A DNA stretch of 63,485 nt, the filler included, from Ministeria vibrans ATCC 50519 (Eukaryota; Protista; Filasterea): NCBI GenBank assembly GCA_943704425.1. It is 11 parts of 11 records of this genome, joined end to end, with 100 filler letters (N's around TTAATTAATTAA, not from the genome) between each part and the next. Parts side by side here need not be neighbours in the genome. Positions count along the whole stretch, not along the records: positions 23,007 to 31,377 come from CALSCP010002106.1; positions 31,478 to 35,152 come from CALSCP010000964.1; positions 35,253 to 37,319 come from CALSCP010001573.1; positions 37,420 to 38,879 come from CALSCP010000236.1; positions 38,980 to 49,275 come from CALSCP010002736.1; 6 more parts are not named here. One strand, given 5' to 3'. The notes under the pieces were generated by a model, which did no database searches, was not told the DNA's origin, and saw nothing but the letters and a program-made list of their open reading frames with translations. The first letter of the stretch is position 1. Each line of letters starts with the position of its first letter. The translations under genes and the position numbers were made by a program. This document shows positions 27,124 through 38,987 of the stretch, piece after piece.

Positions 27124-27334
27124 GGCCAGTGCACTAGTTGACTGCTGGCAGTTTAGCATGAGCCGCTGTTTGACTTGAAATGTGCTGGCGAGTAAATATT
27201 CCGATTGGTGCGACCTCTATGTTTGACGACTGACCAATATCCACTGACTACTGACCAGTAAATAAAGTGATAAGTGGATGAATGTCACCGAATGGTGAGG
27301 TGAAGCGAGGATATGAATTGAATAACATTTCATT

Positions 27335-28293
27335 TCACAGTTTGTGCTCGGGGGGCACTGTTGACGCAAGTAGGGGAGGCACGTCGGTGTTGAACAGGTA
27401 GTCGCAAAAGGGAAAGGTGACGCAGAAGTTGTACTTTTGCTGGAGACGCCAGTGGTGGTGAAGGCGGTGGTGCCTCCGAATCGACTGTGCGCCCGGAATG
27501 AGCCGCTCCGCAACGCCCTGAAGGGACGGCGGAAGCGAATCGTGGGCCATCGAGTGGAGCACTGCGGGTTGTCGATGGACAAATGTATCAATGATTGTGA
27601 CTTGTGTGCAAGTGCGACCTTACATTCATAGGCGGAGAGGTACGAGACAGATGTGATGAGGACAAGTAGTGCAATGTTGCGGCTCAGGAAGACCCCGGTG
27701 ATGACAGCAAGGGGACCTGCGCCCACTGCAACGTAAAGCAGATATGATGTGAACGGAAACAGAGTGAAGTAGAAGTCGGAGTAAGAGGTCTCGGCTGTGA
27801 CATTGTCGGCAAAAAAGTTGTCATAGTTGTAGAATCTAAGCAAGAGATACACCATCAGAGGGAGTTTTGCGTCTCGCTTGACGTACCGGTGGTGCAGACC
27901 GCTGTGTGAGCGATAGAGAAACCTCAAGAAGCCCATAGAATGATGGAGCGGATACCTACAAATGAAAGAGAGCAAGTCGGGTGGACGGCGCGGCAGTGGG
28001 CGCGACGTACTTGTGCAAGAAGTACTCGGCGAGGTTTCCGCCAAAGAGCGCAAGAGGAACGATGAGAAGTTCATACGCTTTGAAGTGCTGCCACTCCATC
28101 AGGGCAAGACATGCCGCACTGGTCAGCGCACACAGCCCAAAGAGACCAAAGAGATGCCGGGCGCCACTGTAGTCTAAGAGAGAGAGAGAGAGAGGAGGGG
28201 AGAGAGAGAGAGAGGTTAAGCGATGAGGGCAGTGCAGTCCATCAGACCTTTCGGAAGAAGCTTCGCCCGAGTTGCCTCGCGATACTTTTCCAT
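27335..28293 (-). CDS. Fatty-acid hydroxylase / sterol desaturase superfamily membrane di-iron enzyme
   Basis: Spliced His boxes EYFLH(K/R)YPLH, HSGLHH, YE.LHSMAH, HHRLHH, then YNFCVTFPFCDYLFNT; hydrophobic segments. Confidence 0.8.
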
Positions 28294-28440
28294 GCCCTGT
28301 CCCTAGTACGGAGTACGGAGTACGGAGTAGGAGGTACGAAAGTAGCCACAGAGAGAGCGAATAGACTAATATTTAATATTCGCAAAATTCGATCTCTCAT
28401 TTCACACAATTTCTCTCAGTCTCACATTTCTTTTATCGTA

Positions 28441-30424
28441 ATGGAGAGCATCACTGAGTTCCAAAGGCGCTTCTTGGAGGAACGCGAGCGTCTTGAGGAG
28501 CAAGCCTCCAAAATGCTTGCGAATCCGACGAAAAACGTAAGGCCGACCGATTCTCTCACAATCCCACTCAAACGATATCTCTCTCTCTCTCTCTCTCTCC
28601 CTTGCCTCCCTCTCTCTCCCCTCAACGCATTCCACAGCCCCTGGATGTGCTTGCCACCGAGCACACGGCGGCCGAGCTCCTCAGCCGAATCCAACGACGC
28701 GCACAACAGACCAACGATCTTTTTCGCGACGACGATCAGACGCGCCAGTCGGAAATGGACAGAATGACGGGGCCGGGGGTGTTCACTGAGTTTTACGACA
28801 GACTGCGCGACATCAAGGACTGGCACAGGCGGAATCCAGGCGAGGTACGCCGAGACGACAAAAATGTACTTTTTTCACTCTCTCTCTCTCTCTCTCTTTC
28901 TCTCTGTGCCTCTGTTCCGTAGATTGGCTATGATCCGGTGGACGGAGAGGTGAAGAAGCTCAAGGAAGCAACGGCGGCGCAGGTGCAGGCGCAGTTTACG
29001 GACGAAGAGGGGCTGGGCAAGTACCTCGACTTGCATCCGCTGCACGAGACGTTTGTCAACTTGCGAAATGCCACTCACGTCGATTATCTCACCTACTTGC
29101 GCGAAGTCGACGCCTTTGATAGACTCTCTCCCGCATTGCGCTCGTCCACTGCGTATCGCGAGTACGCACGCCCATTGTCATTGCCATCCCTTTGACCTCT
29201 CTTCGAATTTTATAGTTACCTGTTCCAGCTGAAGGATCACCTCGCAAAGTACCACCAACGATGCCATCCTCTTGACGACATCAACCAACACATTGCTGCC
29301 GTCGCCGAAACCGCACGCAACCAATTTGATGGTGAGCATATGAGTTTTTGTGTTGTGTGCTCTTTACCTAATTGATGTGTTTTGTATTTTTCGACGACAC
29401 TTTAGCATCCGCAAGCACAAGCTCGCTCTTTTGTACAGCATGCGACAAGCTGTTTGCCAAACAGAGTGTATACGATGCACACTTGCCCGGCAAGAAGCAT
29501 CTCAAGGCAGTAGAGCGGCTCAAGACGGCAGGGACGGCGGAAGCGGCAGTGTCGAGTGGGCCGACGGGGGCTGCTCTTTTGCGCGACATTGCTGAGGCCG
29601 AGGCGACCGTAGTCGAGCTCATGAAGAGGTTTGATGCACGTAGACAGGCTACGCTTGTCAATGTGGAGCGCAAGCAGGCGCGTACTGCTGAGGAGCTTGA
29701 AGAGGAGGCTGAAGAGGTGAGTGTGAGTGTATTTCTGGTTTGTGAGTGTGTTCTTATCGCGTACCTTTCTTGTATAGGAAATGGACATTGACGTGTTTGA
29801 AGAGGAAGAAGAGAGCGACGAAGAGGAACGACCTCTGTACAATCCCAAGAATCTTCCTTTGGGCTTTGATGGAAAGCCCATTCCGTACTGGCTCTACAAA
29901 GTACACAATTCGCATCGCAAAAAATTCACAATTGCTGACACTTTTATTATAGCTCCATGGTCTCAACTTTGAGTTTAAATGCGCTATTTGCGGAGATGCG
30001 ACCTACCGTGGCCCCAAAGTGTTCCAACAGCACTTTGGGCAGTGGAAGCACAGCCAGGGACTGCGTGCCTACGGCATCCCTAACACCTCTCATTTCTACG
30101 GCATTACTGAAATCGCCGATGCCATTGCGCGTACGTCTATCCATGTGTGTGTGTGTGTGTGTGATTTTTGTGGATGCATAGTGTGAGTAGGATTGTGTGT
30201 GTGGGCGCGTATAGTGTTCGTGTGTGCATATTGACGTGTATTGATGACAGGGTCTCTCACCCGCTGACCGTCTGTACCTGTCTTGTGTAGTGTATGAAAA
30301 GGTCAAGAACGAGAAGGTGTCTGAGGCATGGCGTGCGGAGGTGAGCGAGGAGTTTGAGGACTCTATGGGCAACATCATCTCGAAGAAGATGTACGAGGAC
30401 CTCAAGCGACAGGGTCTCCTCTAA
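28441..30424 (+). CDS. SF3A3: Splicing factor 3A subunit 3 (Prp9)
   Basis: [79 protein letters not shown]. Confidence 0.96.
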
Positions 30425-30634
30425 CAACAACAATCTTTCCCTCTCAATGGGTCTCATTTGGAATTGCTGAGCTGTGGTGTTTTGTTTCTCGAGTTGGAGG
30501 AGTAAAAGAAAGTGATTGGATATGTTTAGTGTGCAGTGATTGTGATTCTTGAATAGGACAAGGTCCTCTTTTGAAACATATAATAATGTTTATTCGATTG
30601 CGAAGTTGATAATAATCTTTGTGTGTGTGTGTGT

Positions 30635-31286
30635 CTATGATACTGGACCACAGCCAGTGTCGTTGATCTGCGACTTTTTGACGCTCTGGATAAACGCGTT
30701 GAGCTGTGAGAGCATACTAAGTTGGGATGAGTGAGTGCTGAATGCGATTTGAGTGTTGTGTGTGTGTGTGTTTTTAAGTGCAATAAGTGGGTGAGCAGTA
30801 CAGTGGTGAGTGTGAATTTGTTTTTGCGTTCTTCAGTCATTGTTTGAGTGGCGTACTTGTCAGCGCGTTCCTTATGCTTCTTGTCCTTTGAGAGGTCAGT
30901 GGACTCGGTGGGATCGTCATTGAGATTGTAGAGGTAGGGTCCGTCGTGATGTGTTCCGTACGGCGGCTGAATGGTACAGAAACCCGCAGTGGGTTTGTGA
31001 ATGAGCTTCCATTCGTTGTCAATGAGCGCACTTTGTTTCTGGAACCAGAACCCAATGGACCGCGAACGGTTCATTCGCTCCATTTGGATCGTCTCTGGGT
31101 CATTATGAAAGGACTCAATGAGAGGCATAAGGGACAATCCATCGACCGCCCAGTTGGGATGAGTGGAGCGCACGCCAAAAAGGTCCATCAGCGTGGGAAG
31201 GTAGTCGCCCACATACGCCGGGTAGTCCGTTGTGGGATTGCCCTGGATCATCTTGGGCCATTGCAGCAGTCCTGGAACGCGGATTC
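30635..31286 (-). CDS. Arylsulfatase-family protein, 3' fragment
   Basis: GIRVPGLLQWP, DYLPTL, VDGLSLMP, WKLI, LYNLNDDPTE; 5' end lost at the contig edge. Confidence 0.85.
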
Positions 31287-31287
31287 C

Positions 31288-31377
<90 letters not shown>

Positions 31378-31477
31378 NNNNNNNNNNNNNNNNNNNNNNN
31401 NNNNNNNNNNNNNNNNNNNNNTTAATTAATTAANNNNNNNNNNNNNNNNNNNNNNNNNNNNNNNNNNNNNNNNNNNN

Positions 31478-31585
<108 letters not shown>

Positions 31586-31604
31586 GTTTTCTTCTACTTT
31601 TTAG

Positions 31605-32215
31605 GAATCTTCTTTGGGTTTTACGTTTGCCGCACTCAAATCAATCACTGAGCTCTCAACTCCGTTTGTCAATTTGCGCTTTCAACTCTCACTTTTTCCC
31701 GCTCTGAAAAACTCCAAATTGTATCTTCTCAATGGTCTTTTGCTTTTGGCCGTTTTTTTCTTTGTGCGCATCTTTTCAGCTCCCTTTTATTGGTACTTGT
31801 TTGTTTCAGCAAAGTAAGAAAAGAACGATTAATGAGAGAGAATTAAATCTATTGATTAGTGAGTATTAACAATAGTAATATGAACAGAACTGTATACACC
31901 ATAATGATAATAATAATAATATTGATATTAATTAATAATAATAATTATTATTATTATTATTATTATTATGAGCAAACTCATTCATTATCTTAAAAATGCC
32001 TCTCTCGCTCTCTTTCAGGAACGATTTTTTCGCAATGTCTATTTCTACTGTGACTCTCTTTTTTGTCTTCTCCGTGGCGAGTGACTTGTTAAACTGGAGC
32101 TGGTTTGGTAATAAAACAACATGTTTTGTGTCTCTCACATTTCTTTCTTTTTATAATTATAGTGAAAATATATTCTGGTGCAATGAAAGCGCTAAAAAAG
32201 AAGGACAAAAAATAA
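31605..32215 (+). CDS. TLC-domain membrane protein (TLCD4/TMEM56-like), 3' fragment
   Basis: ELSTPFVNLR..LYLLNG..FFFVRI, LNWSWF; ends KKKDKK* (ER di-lysine-like). Confidence 0.75.
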
Positions 32216-32402
32216 ATCAAACTTATGACTCTCTCCTTTTTATTAATATTATCCTCACGCGAGTTTTGTTCATTTCTCCCTCTCTATCACTTTGTTTCTT
32301 TCCCCTCTCTCCTCTCTCTCTATCACTTTGTTTCTTTCTCCCTCCTCTCTCTATCACTTTGCTTCTTTCTCCCTCCTCTGTCTCTTTCTCTCTCTCTCTT
32401 GT

Positions 32403-34581
32403 TCAGATCAACCGTTTCATCTTTGCACAAATCTCACGTGCTGAAAAATAACAGTCTATGCAGGATTTGTGTTGCCCAGTGCCTGTGAACACAATTCGAT
32501 ATACCCGACCTCGCTTGTCCTTTCCGCAGGTGGAACAAGTTGTGCGACCGCACAGGTGACAGTGTTCTTGCTGACTTGTGGCTACTCCGCACACCTGGCA
32601 TGGTGGAAAGCTAAACTGTTTGCGCGGTACGTGTGCGACGGCGACGTTTTGGATATTGAGGTGTGGCAGAGAGACGTTTCCCTCGTCGCTACGCTTTTCT
32701 TTGGCGTCGAAGATTTTGTGCCCGCATACGACGCGCTGCGCTGGGTCGGTTACTCCGAGGTACACGTTGCCATAGAGTTGTGCACCAATGGTCTCTGCGA
32801 CGCGCCGTCTGATGACACTCAGCAAGTGTTTGCGTAGCACTGCCCACTTGGGCTCCACCGCGCGCTCTGTGTCCCATTCTGCGGGTGTCGGCTCACTCTC
32901 GAGCATCTCAACGAGCTCTTCCGTACTCTCTGGCATTGCGGTGCGGCAGAAGTCGGCAATCCGTAGCGCTGCAATGTCCACGCCGTCCCCGAGCCCTTCG
33001 TAGCGCATTGGCAGCCCAGCTGCTTCTGCTGTCGGCGTCTTAATCGCATGACTGCACCACTCAACAAGGTAGCTCTTGAGGGTAGGCACGACAAGTTGGC
33101 GGAATCGCGTTGCATTTTCCTCCGTGGCCTGACAGTCGCTCTTGAGCTTATTGAGGTCATCATGCAGTAGAGTGTCCGCCCGAATCGGGTCGTTTTTTTT
33201 GCTGTAGCTGTCGTTGTACGCCCAAGAGACATTTGCCAGTAGCGCCACAAGAATGCCGAAGAGTGTCTCGGTACACACTCGTACGTAAGCTCGGGTGCGA
33301 ACGGCACAGTCAACTCGTGCACGCAGTGAGACTTTGTTAAGCCTCTCTGCAGCCTTGACACTTTCATTCCATTCGTGGTCGAAATTCGGAGAGGAGTAAT
33401 TCGCTGCCCGCAAGATGTTCCGCAGATCCGGGACACGACGCAAAATTGCATTGTGAAAGCCGCCCATTTTGACCGCCTTTTGAGCGAGGCAATTCTGAAT
33501 ACGCACAGACACCTCTCTATGCGTATCACGGTGCTCATGAAGGGCAATCAGCCGCTCAATGAGATCGAGCTCAATGAGTAGTGCGAAATTGGCATCAGCG
33601 ACCGCCACATTGTCCACGACCAGGCTGTAGAGACAATGCATGGCAGTGAGGCATTTGCCGGGATCCTGCTCGCAGATGCGCACCAGGACCTTAAGCTCCG
33701 CTTCACTGCTGCGGACTAGACGTGCCTCGCGGAATATTGTGGCCGACAAGACTGCCAGCTCGCTGTCAACCTGCAAGCACTGTGTCGCGGTGGCAAGAAG
33801 CTCCACAAGAGGACGCACTATCACCTCTATTTGCTTGAAGAACTTGTCGGGAAGCAATGGAAGGAGTCGTTGTATGACATGAAGCGAGAGCTCGCGTGTG
33901 TTCTAAGTAAAATAATTATAATCATAGAATATGTTAATAATTATTATGACTATTCGACCGAAAATTAATTACGGGGTGTAGTAAAAGACGCGAAATGCTG
34001 CTGAGGCCGTCGAAGAGGACGTTGGGATCAATAACAATCTTCTCTGAGTTCTCTTCGTCTTGAGGCTGGGAGTGCAGGACAAGGTGCAGGAGAGCGAGCG
34101 CGGGAAACGAGTCGACCAGCAAATATTCCGACTGCTCGTTAGCCACTGCCGTGCAAAACGCCAAGCATGCAGTAAGAGCACCGTTATTCAAGAGCCACGT
34201 GGCGCCTGTCCCCTCCCCGTCATCGAGAATGCTCTCAATGAGCAGCGTGGCGGCGTGTTTTGCGCTCGACCGAGACTTATTCGACTTGCTTTTCGCGATG
34301 TCAAGCAACGCCTTGTACACCAACGGTGTCTGAGGCGAGTTCATAAGGGTGCGTAACAAGGTCTTTGCAAAATCGGCCTGGGCCGCAGTAGTCGCGCTGC
34401 TCTGGAGCAATCCGACGACAGTCGAAACGACTGAGGGGACACACAGTTTTTCCGCATCGGTCAGCACAGCGGAGGACGCCCCGCCATCCATCATCCTGTC
34501 GTTCAGCATCTGGATCTCTTGTATGACCATTCCATGCCTGCGGGGGCTGGTGCCTCTCAGAAGCGGTTGGAAGCGGTTCAT
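32403..34581 (-). CDS. Helical (ARM/HEAT-like) protein with C-terminal FYVE-like zinc finger; start uncertain
   Basis: Two long Leu-rich exons joined by a short intron near 33905-33970; CQVC..HCHLCGRTTCSTC..SCIDC. Confidence 0.65.
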
Positions 34582-34882
34582 CGAAAAAAAAAAAAAAAAT
34601 CTGATGTAGTGTCGATGAATATCTTTTAAATGTGCCACAACTCACCACTGACAGGCCCACCACCGCCACAAGCGCCACAAGCGCCACCAGGAATCGGCCG
34701 GGGACTTGGAAGTCCAGTTGTCCAGGACTGACCAGGGCCCGTCGCTCAAGGTGTGAAGGGAACGGTCGAAGACTCAGACGTGGCTGCGACGACTCAACAC
34801 TGTCTGTGTGACTCAAACATGACTACAAAGATGACTAGAAAATCCAAAATAATCAAATTTCTTAATCGGTCGTAATCTCGCA

Positions 34883-34946
34883 ATGGGCGGACACCAAAGT
34901 CGCTTGAGCGAAGACGATCTAGAGGAGCTCCAGAGCAGGACCCAAC
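34883..34946 (+). CDS. First exon of an N-myristoylated EF-hand protein (NCS/CIB/CNB-like); truncated
   Basis: MGGHQSRLSEDDLEELQSRTQ followed by a GTACGC donor; resembles NCS-1/CIB N-termini. Confidence 0.5.
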
Positions 34947-34954
34947 GTACGCGT

Positions 34955-34992
<38 letters not shown>

Positions 34993-35116
34993 CCTCAACT
35001 CTCATCGCTCAATCAGCGCTTTGGGGGCAATTCAGACGTTCGATCCACTTGCGATGTCCTCGTTCCGCTATACTCCTCCTCCTAGCTTATGTGACCAAAC
35101 CTCTTTGAAGTGTCTA

Positions 35117-35152
<36 letters not shown>

Positions 35153-35252
35153 NNNNNNNNNNNNNNNNNNNNNNNNNNNNNNNNNNNNNNNNNNNNTTAA
35201 TTAATTAANNNNNNNNNNNNNNNNNNNNNNNNNNNNNNNNNNNNNNNNNNNN

Positions 35253-35383
35253 AGGGGGGGGGCTGTCTCACCAAACTGCGTCAGATGGTCAATGGTGATG
35301 GGTGTTTGCTTGAACTTGCAGTAGCGATCAATGGACGACCAGAGAGCGCGCGTTGCTGTTTGAGACGGAACTGTGAAACGCAT
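35253..35383 (-). CDS. PDK: Pyruvate dehydrogenase kinase family, N-terminal fragment
   Basis: IDRYCKFKQTPITIDHLTQFG matches the PDK/BCKDK N-terminal motif; cut by a linker. Confidence 0.65.
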
Positions 35384-35741
35384 TGTTTGATTTTCTTGTT
35401 TCTGTTTTTTTTTTTTTGGTCGGCTGGCGGTTGGGTGGAGGGGGGAGGCAAGGGGGAGGGTGGATGTTCGTTGGGGTTGTTGCTGGTTGCGGCTAGGCGG
35501 TTCTTAAATTCGTATTAAAACAAGTTGATTCTCCATTCGTTGGATGAGACGGCGGGTTGCTGTGTCGGGGTGTGGGTGAGCAAGAGGGTAAGAAGTATCG
35601 ACCGCAATGGTTGCTGTCGGGGTGGTCAAGCTATAAAAAAAAGGGAAAAAAAAGTGATTAAAATTAGTTTTTTAATTTTTTAAATAAATCAAAAATAATT
35701 AATAATAATGACTCGTGACTACAGAGACCTAACTTTTTTTA

Positions 35742-36879
35742 ATGGAGAGCTCTCGGGAAGGTGTTGAGGAGCCATTGTGCGATTCAAGGGGAGAAGGTGG
35801 AGGAGCAGTTGATCGTATGGGTGACGGTGGCGAGGTAGCACATTTGTGATCTGTGTGTGCGTTTCACAGCGTTTGAAACAGTGTTTGTCCAGACGACACA
35901 GAGGGAAGAGGCAATGGCGCTTGTTGATGTTGCTGGCGAGGACAACAGCGTTGTTGACGATGTTGACGACTGTGACGATGACGAGGCGAACGCGTCGCTG
36001 TTTGTGGAGGAAGAAGCGTCGCCCAATGCTGATCGAGACTTGAATCAAACCTCACACGATGATGACGACGAAGACGACAGCCTTGGCAACGATGCCGATG
36101 ATGGGTGGCGTGTTGGGGATGCTGTTGTCGGCGTCGCACGCTGCTCTGTGGATGAACGCGTTGCAAGGTTGGAAAAGGCTCTGGAGACAGTGCGCGCACG
36201 CGAAGCCAAGTTGAAAAAGGTGCTCAAGGCAACGCGCAAGCAGACAGGCAAACATCGATTGTGCCCCCATGACTTTGTGGCGTGTGGCAGTGATTCGAGT
36301 GTGCTAAAGCAAGCCAAGGATGTTCTAGTACGTCAGGCATTTCCCGCAAACTCCACTTACACCCTGCATCTGTCACTGGCCATGCTCAGCGGCTACGTCG
36401 AGCAACAGGGGCCCAACTGCGGTGCAGCGAGTGTCGCCTCGATGGTCAACGCCCTATGTGGTCTCACGCCCGGCACGAGTGAACGCGCCTGCACCCTCGA
36501 ACAGGTGCTTGAATTCTATCTTCACACGAAAGACACGCCAGCCTTGCATCGCACACCACCTAGCACCGCAAACATTGGCAATCGCAACATCATCGCCGCC
36601 ACACAGTCCCTCTGCGCCGCCCGCAACACCCAACTCAATGCAGCACGCACCCTCTGCGCCCGCACACCCGTCCCATGCGACATCTCCGTCGCACCCTCGG
36701 ACTCCCTCTCCACGCGTACTACTCAATGGCGCCGTCTCACTCGCTTCCTCACGCCGGCCTGCTCCTCCCTCCCTTGCACCTCTGCCCTCCTCTTCCACCT
36801 GACAAACCACTATGCTCCCATCTATGGCTTCCGTGAATACACCATCAGCGCAAAGGGTCGTCCAAAGTGCATCCGTCAA
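35742..36879 (+). CDS. Acidic/coiled-coil protein with papain-like (BIVM/C39-like) domain; 3' truncated
   Basis: EQQGPNCGAASVASMVNAL, PSTANIGN, LLFHLTNHYAPIYGF; GTAAGA donor at 36880. Confidence 0.6.
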
Positions 36880-36898
36880 GTAAGACACCAAAACCAAG

Positions 36899-36899
<1 letters not shown>

Positions 36900-36962
<63 letters not shown>

Positions 36963-36966
36963 GTAC

Positions 36967-37062
<96 letters not shown>
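36900..37062. repeat. (TAA)n microsatellite
   Basis: About 160 bp of TAA with few interruptions. Confidence 0.95.
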
Positions 37063-37063
<1 letters not shown>

Positions 37064-37064
37064 T

Positions 37065-37314
37065 GATACTGATCAAAAAAAACCCCCGATTATTCTGTTA
37101 TGGCTCGATATCGAGTGGTTATCTGGGCCTGATAGCCCGTTTTTTCCACTTTCTTTTGCACCGTTGATCACCCAATTTGGTGCACAACTTCCACTTCTCG
37201 CTTGCGTTCCAAAATCCCCTCTTTGTGACAAACAATAGCAAATCACAAGTTTCAAAACGTTTTTACTCGATATCGAGTTTTTGAAAAAAATCGGGGTTTT
37301 TTTTGATCAGTCTC
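37065..37314. mobile_element. MITE, 250 bp, with about 27-bp imperfect TIRs and AATT TSD
   Basis: Left end GATACTGATCA8C5GATT versus reverse complement of right end GAGACTGATCA8C4GATT; AATT on both sides; palindrome CTCGATATCGAG about 38 bp inside each end. Confidence 0.8.
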
Positions 37315-37419
37315 AATTANNNNNNNNNNNNNNNNNNNNNNNNNNNNNNNNNNNNNNNNNNNNTTAATTAATTAANNNNNNNNNNNNNNNNNNNNNNNNN
37401 NNNNNNNNNNNNNNNNNNN

Positions 37420-37455
<36 letters not shown>

Positions 37456-37456
<1 letters not shown>

Positions 37457-38501
37457 GTGCGGCGCTCAGAATTTAAGCACAACGACACACAAATTAATGC
37501 AGTACCAAAGTCAGCAACTTTGACGGTCCACTTTGCACTGACGAGCTACGCCAACAAAAAAACCACCGTGTCAGTATGTCAGTATATGACGTCGTATTGC
37601 TTCGTGACGGACCAGATTGCCCGGTTTGAGATCGCGATGGATTCGCGGAGGAGACAACTCGTGCAGAAAGCACATTCCTTTGGCGCCATCCAGAGCAAAC
37701 TGGCGGCGACGGGTGTCGTCAAGGGCCACATTCTCATCCGACAGGATGTCCTAAGTAGTACATCACACAGAATAAGACAAATGAGAAGACAAAGCCAAGA
37801 ACGAAGAGTCGTACGCTAAGTGCGCCCATCGGCATAAACTCCGTCACGATGAAGGGCGATCCTTCTTCCGTTCGTCCCGCTCCATAGAAAAACACAATGT
37901 TTGGATTTCGTAGTGTTCGCATAAACGAAACCTATCTTGCGTGTCAGTTCCTTTCCCTCAATCTTTCTTGCGCATACCTCCCGCTCAAACTCAGCAAGCG
38001 ATGCTGGATCACTCTCCATTACGGCAATCTTCAGATACTTAATGGCCACAGGTCGATCGCCGTACTCTCCCTCATACCTATGACGATAAAACGGTATCAG
38101 AACGAGAAGCGGACAGGATAAAAGCACTCGTACACATCACCAAAGGCACCCGACGCAACACAGCGAAAGCGTTCAATGTCTCGCTCAGGAATCACCCACG
38201 TCTTTTCCAAATCAGAAAACTATAAACAAATTGGACGAGGTCAATTGTAAGCGACAAGTGTGCTGGTACTACACCGATACCACACTCATATTCCTTACCT
38301 CTGCCTCTTTCTGTCCCAGCAAATGTTCAAACATAGACTTGTCCTCATCAGCGCGCTTGACGCGACGGCGCAGACGACGTATCCGAAACAGAATGACAAT
38401 AGTGACAATGGTTGATACAACGCCTGAGACAATGATAATCACAATCCACGGCAAGTGACAGTTGTCCGACGCAAGGTAGCCAAATTGGCAGCTGCAACGT
38501 C
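37456..38501 (-). CDS. Single-pass receptor-like TKL kinase, internal fragment
   Basis: EGF-like end RCSCQFGY..C, TM WIVIIIVSGVVSTIVTIVILF, basic RIRRLRRR, ASGAFGDVY, VAIK, HRDLKPGNL, VKVADFG. Confidence 0.85.
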
Positions 38502-38549
38502 CTACGTTTCCCCTCAAACTACACATTCTTCTTGTCAATTCCAATATCT

Positions 38550-38654
38550 CTCTCTGCATCACTTTGTTTTTCGCTCCCTCTCTCTCTCTCTCTATCTATC
38601 ACTTTGTCTCTCTCTCTATCTATCACTTTGTCTCTCTCTCTCTATCTATCACTT

Positions 38655-38697
<43 letters not shown>

Positions 38698-38752
38698 CTT
38701 TGTTTCTCCCTCCTTTCCCCTCTCTCTCTCTCTCTATCACTTTGTTTCTCCC

Positions 38753-38810
<58 letters not shown>

Positions 38811-38879
38811 CTTTGTTTCTCCCTCCTTTCCCTCTCTCTCTCTCTATCACTTTGTTTCTCCCTCCTTTCTCTCTCTCTC
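38550..38879. repeat. Compound (CT)n / TATCACTTTGT repeat array (about 8 cores)
   Basis: Same core and TTTCTCCCTCCT extension as at 2396-2640. Confidence 0.92.
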
Positions 38880-38987
38880 NNNNNNNNNNNNNNNNNNNNN
38901 NNNNNNNNNNNNNNNNNNNNNNNTTAATTAATTAANNNNNNNNNNNNNNNNNNNNNNNNNNNNNNNNNNNNNNNNNNNNGGGGGGGG

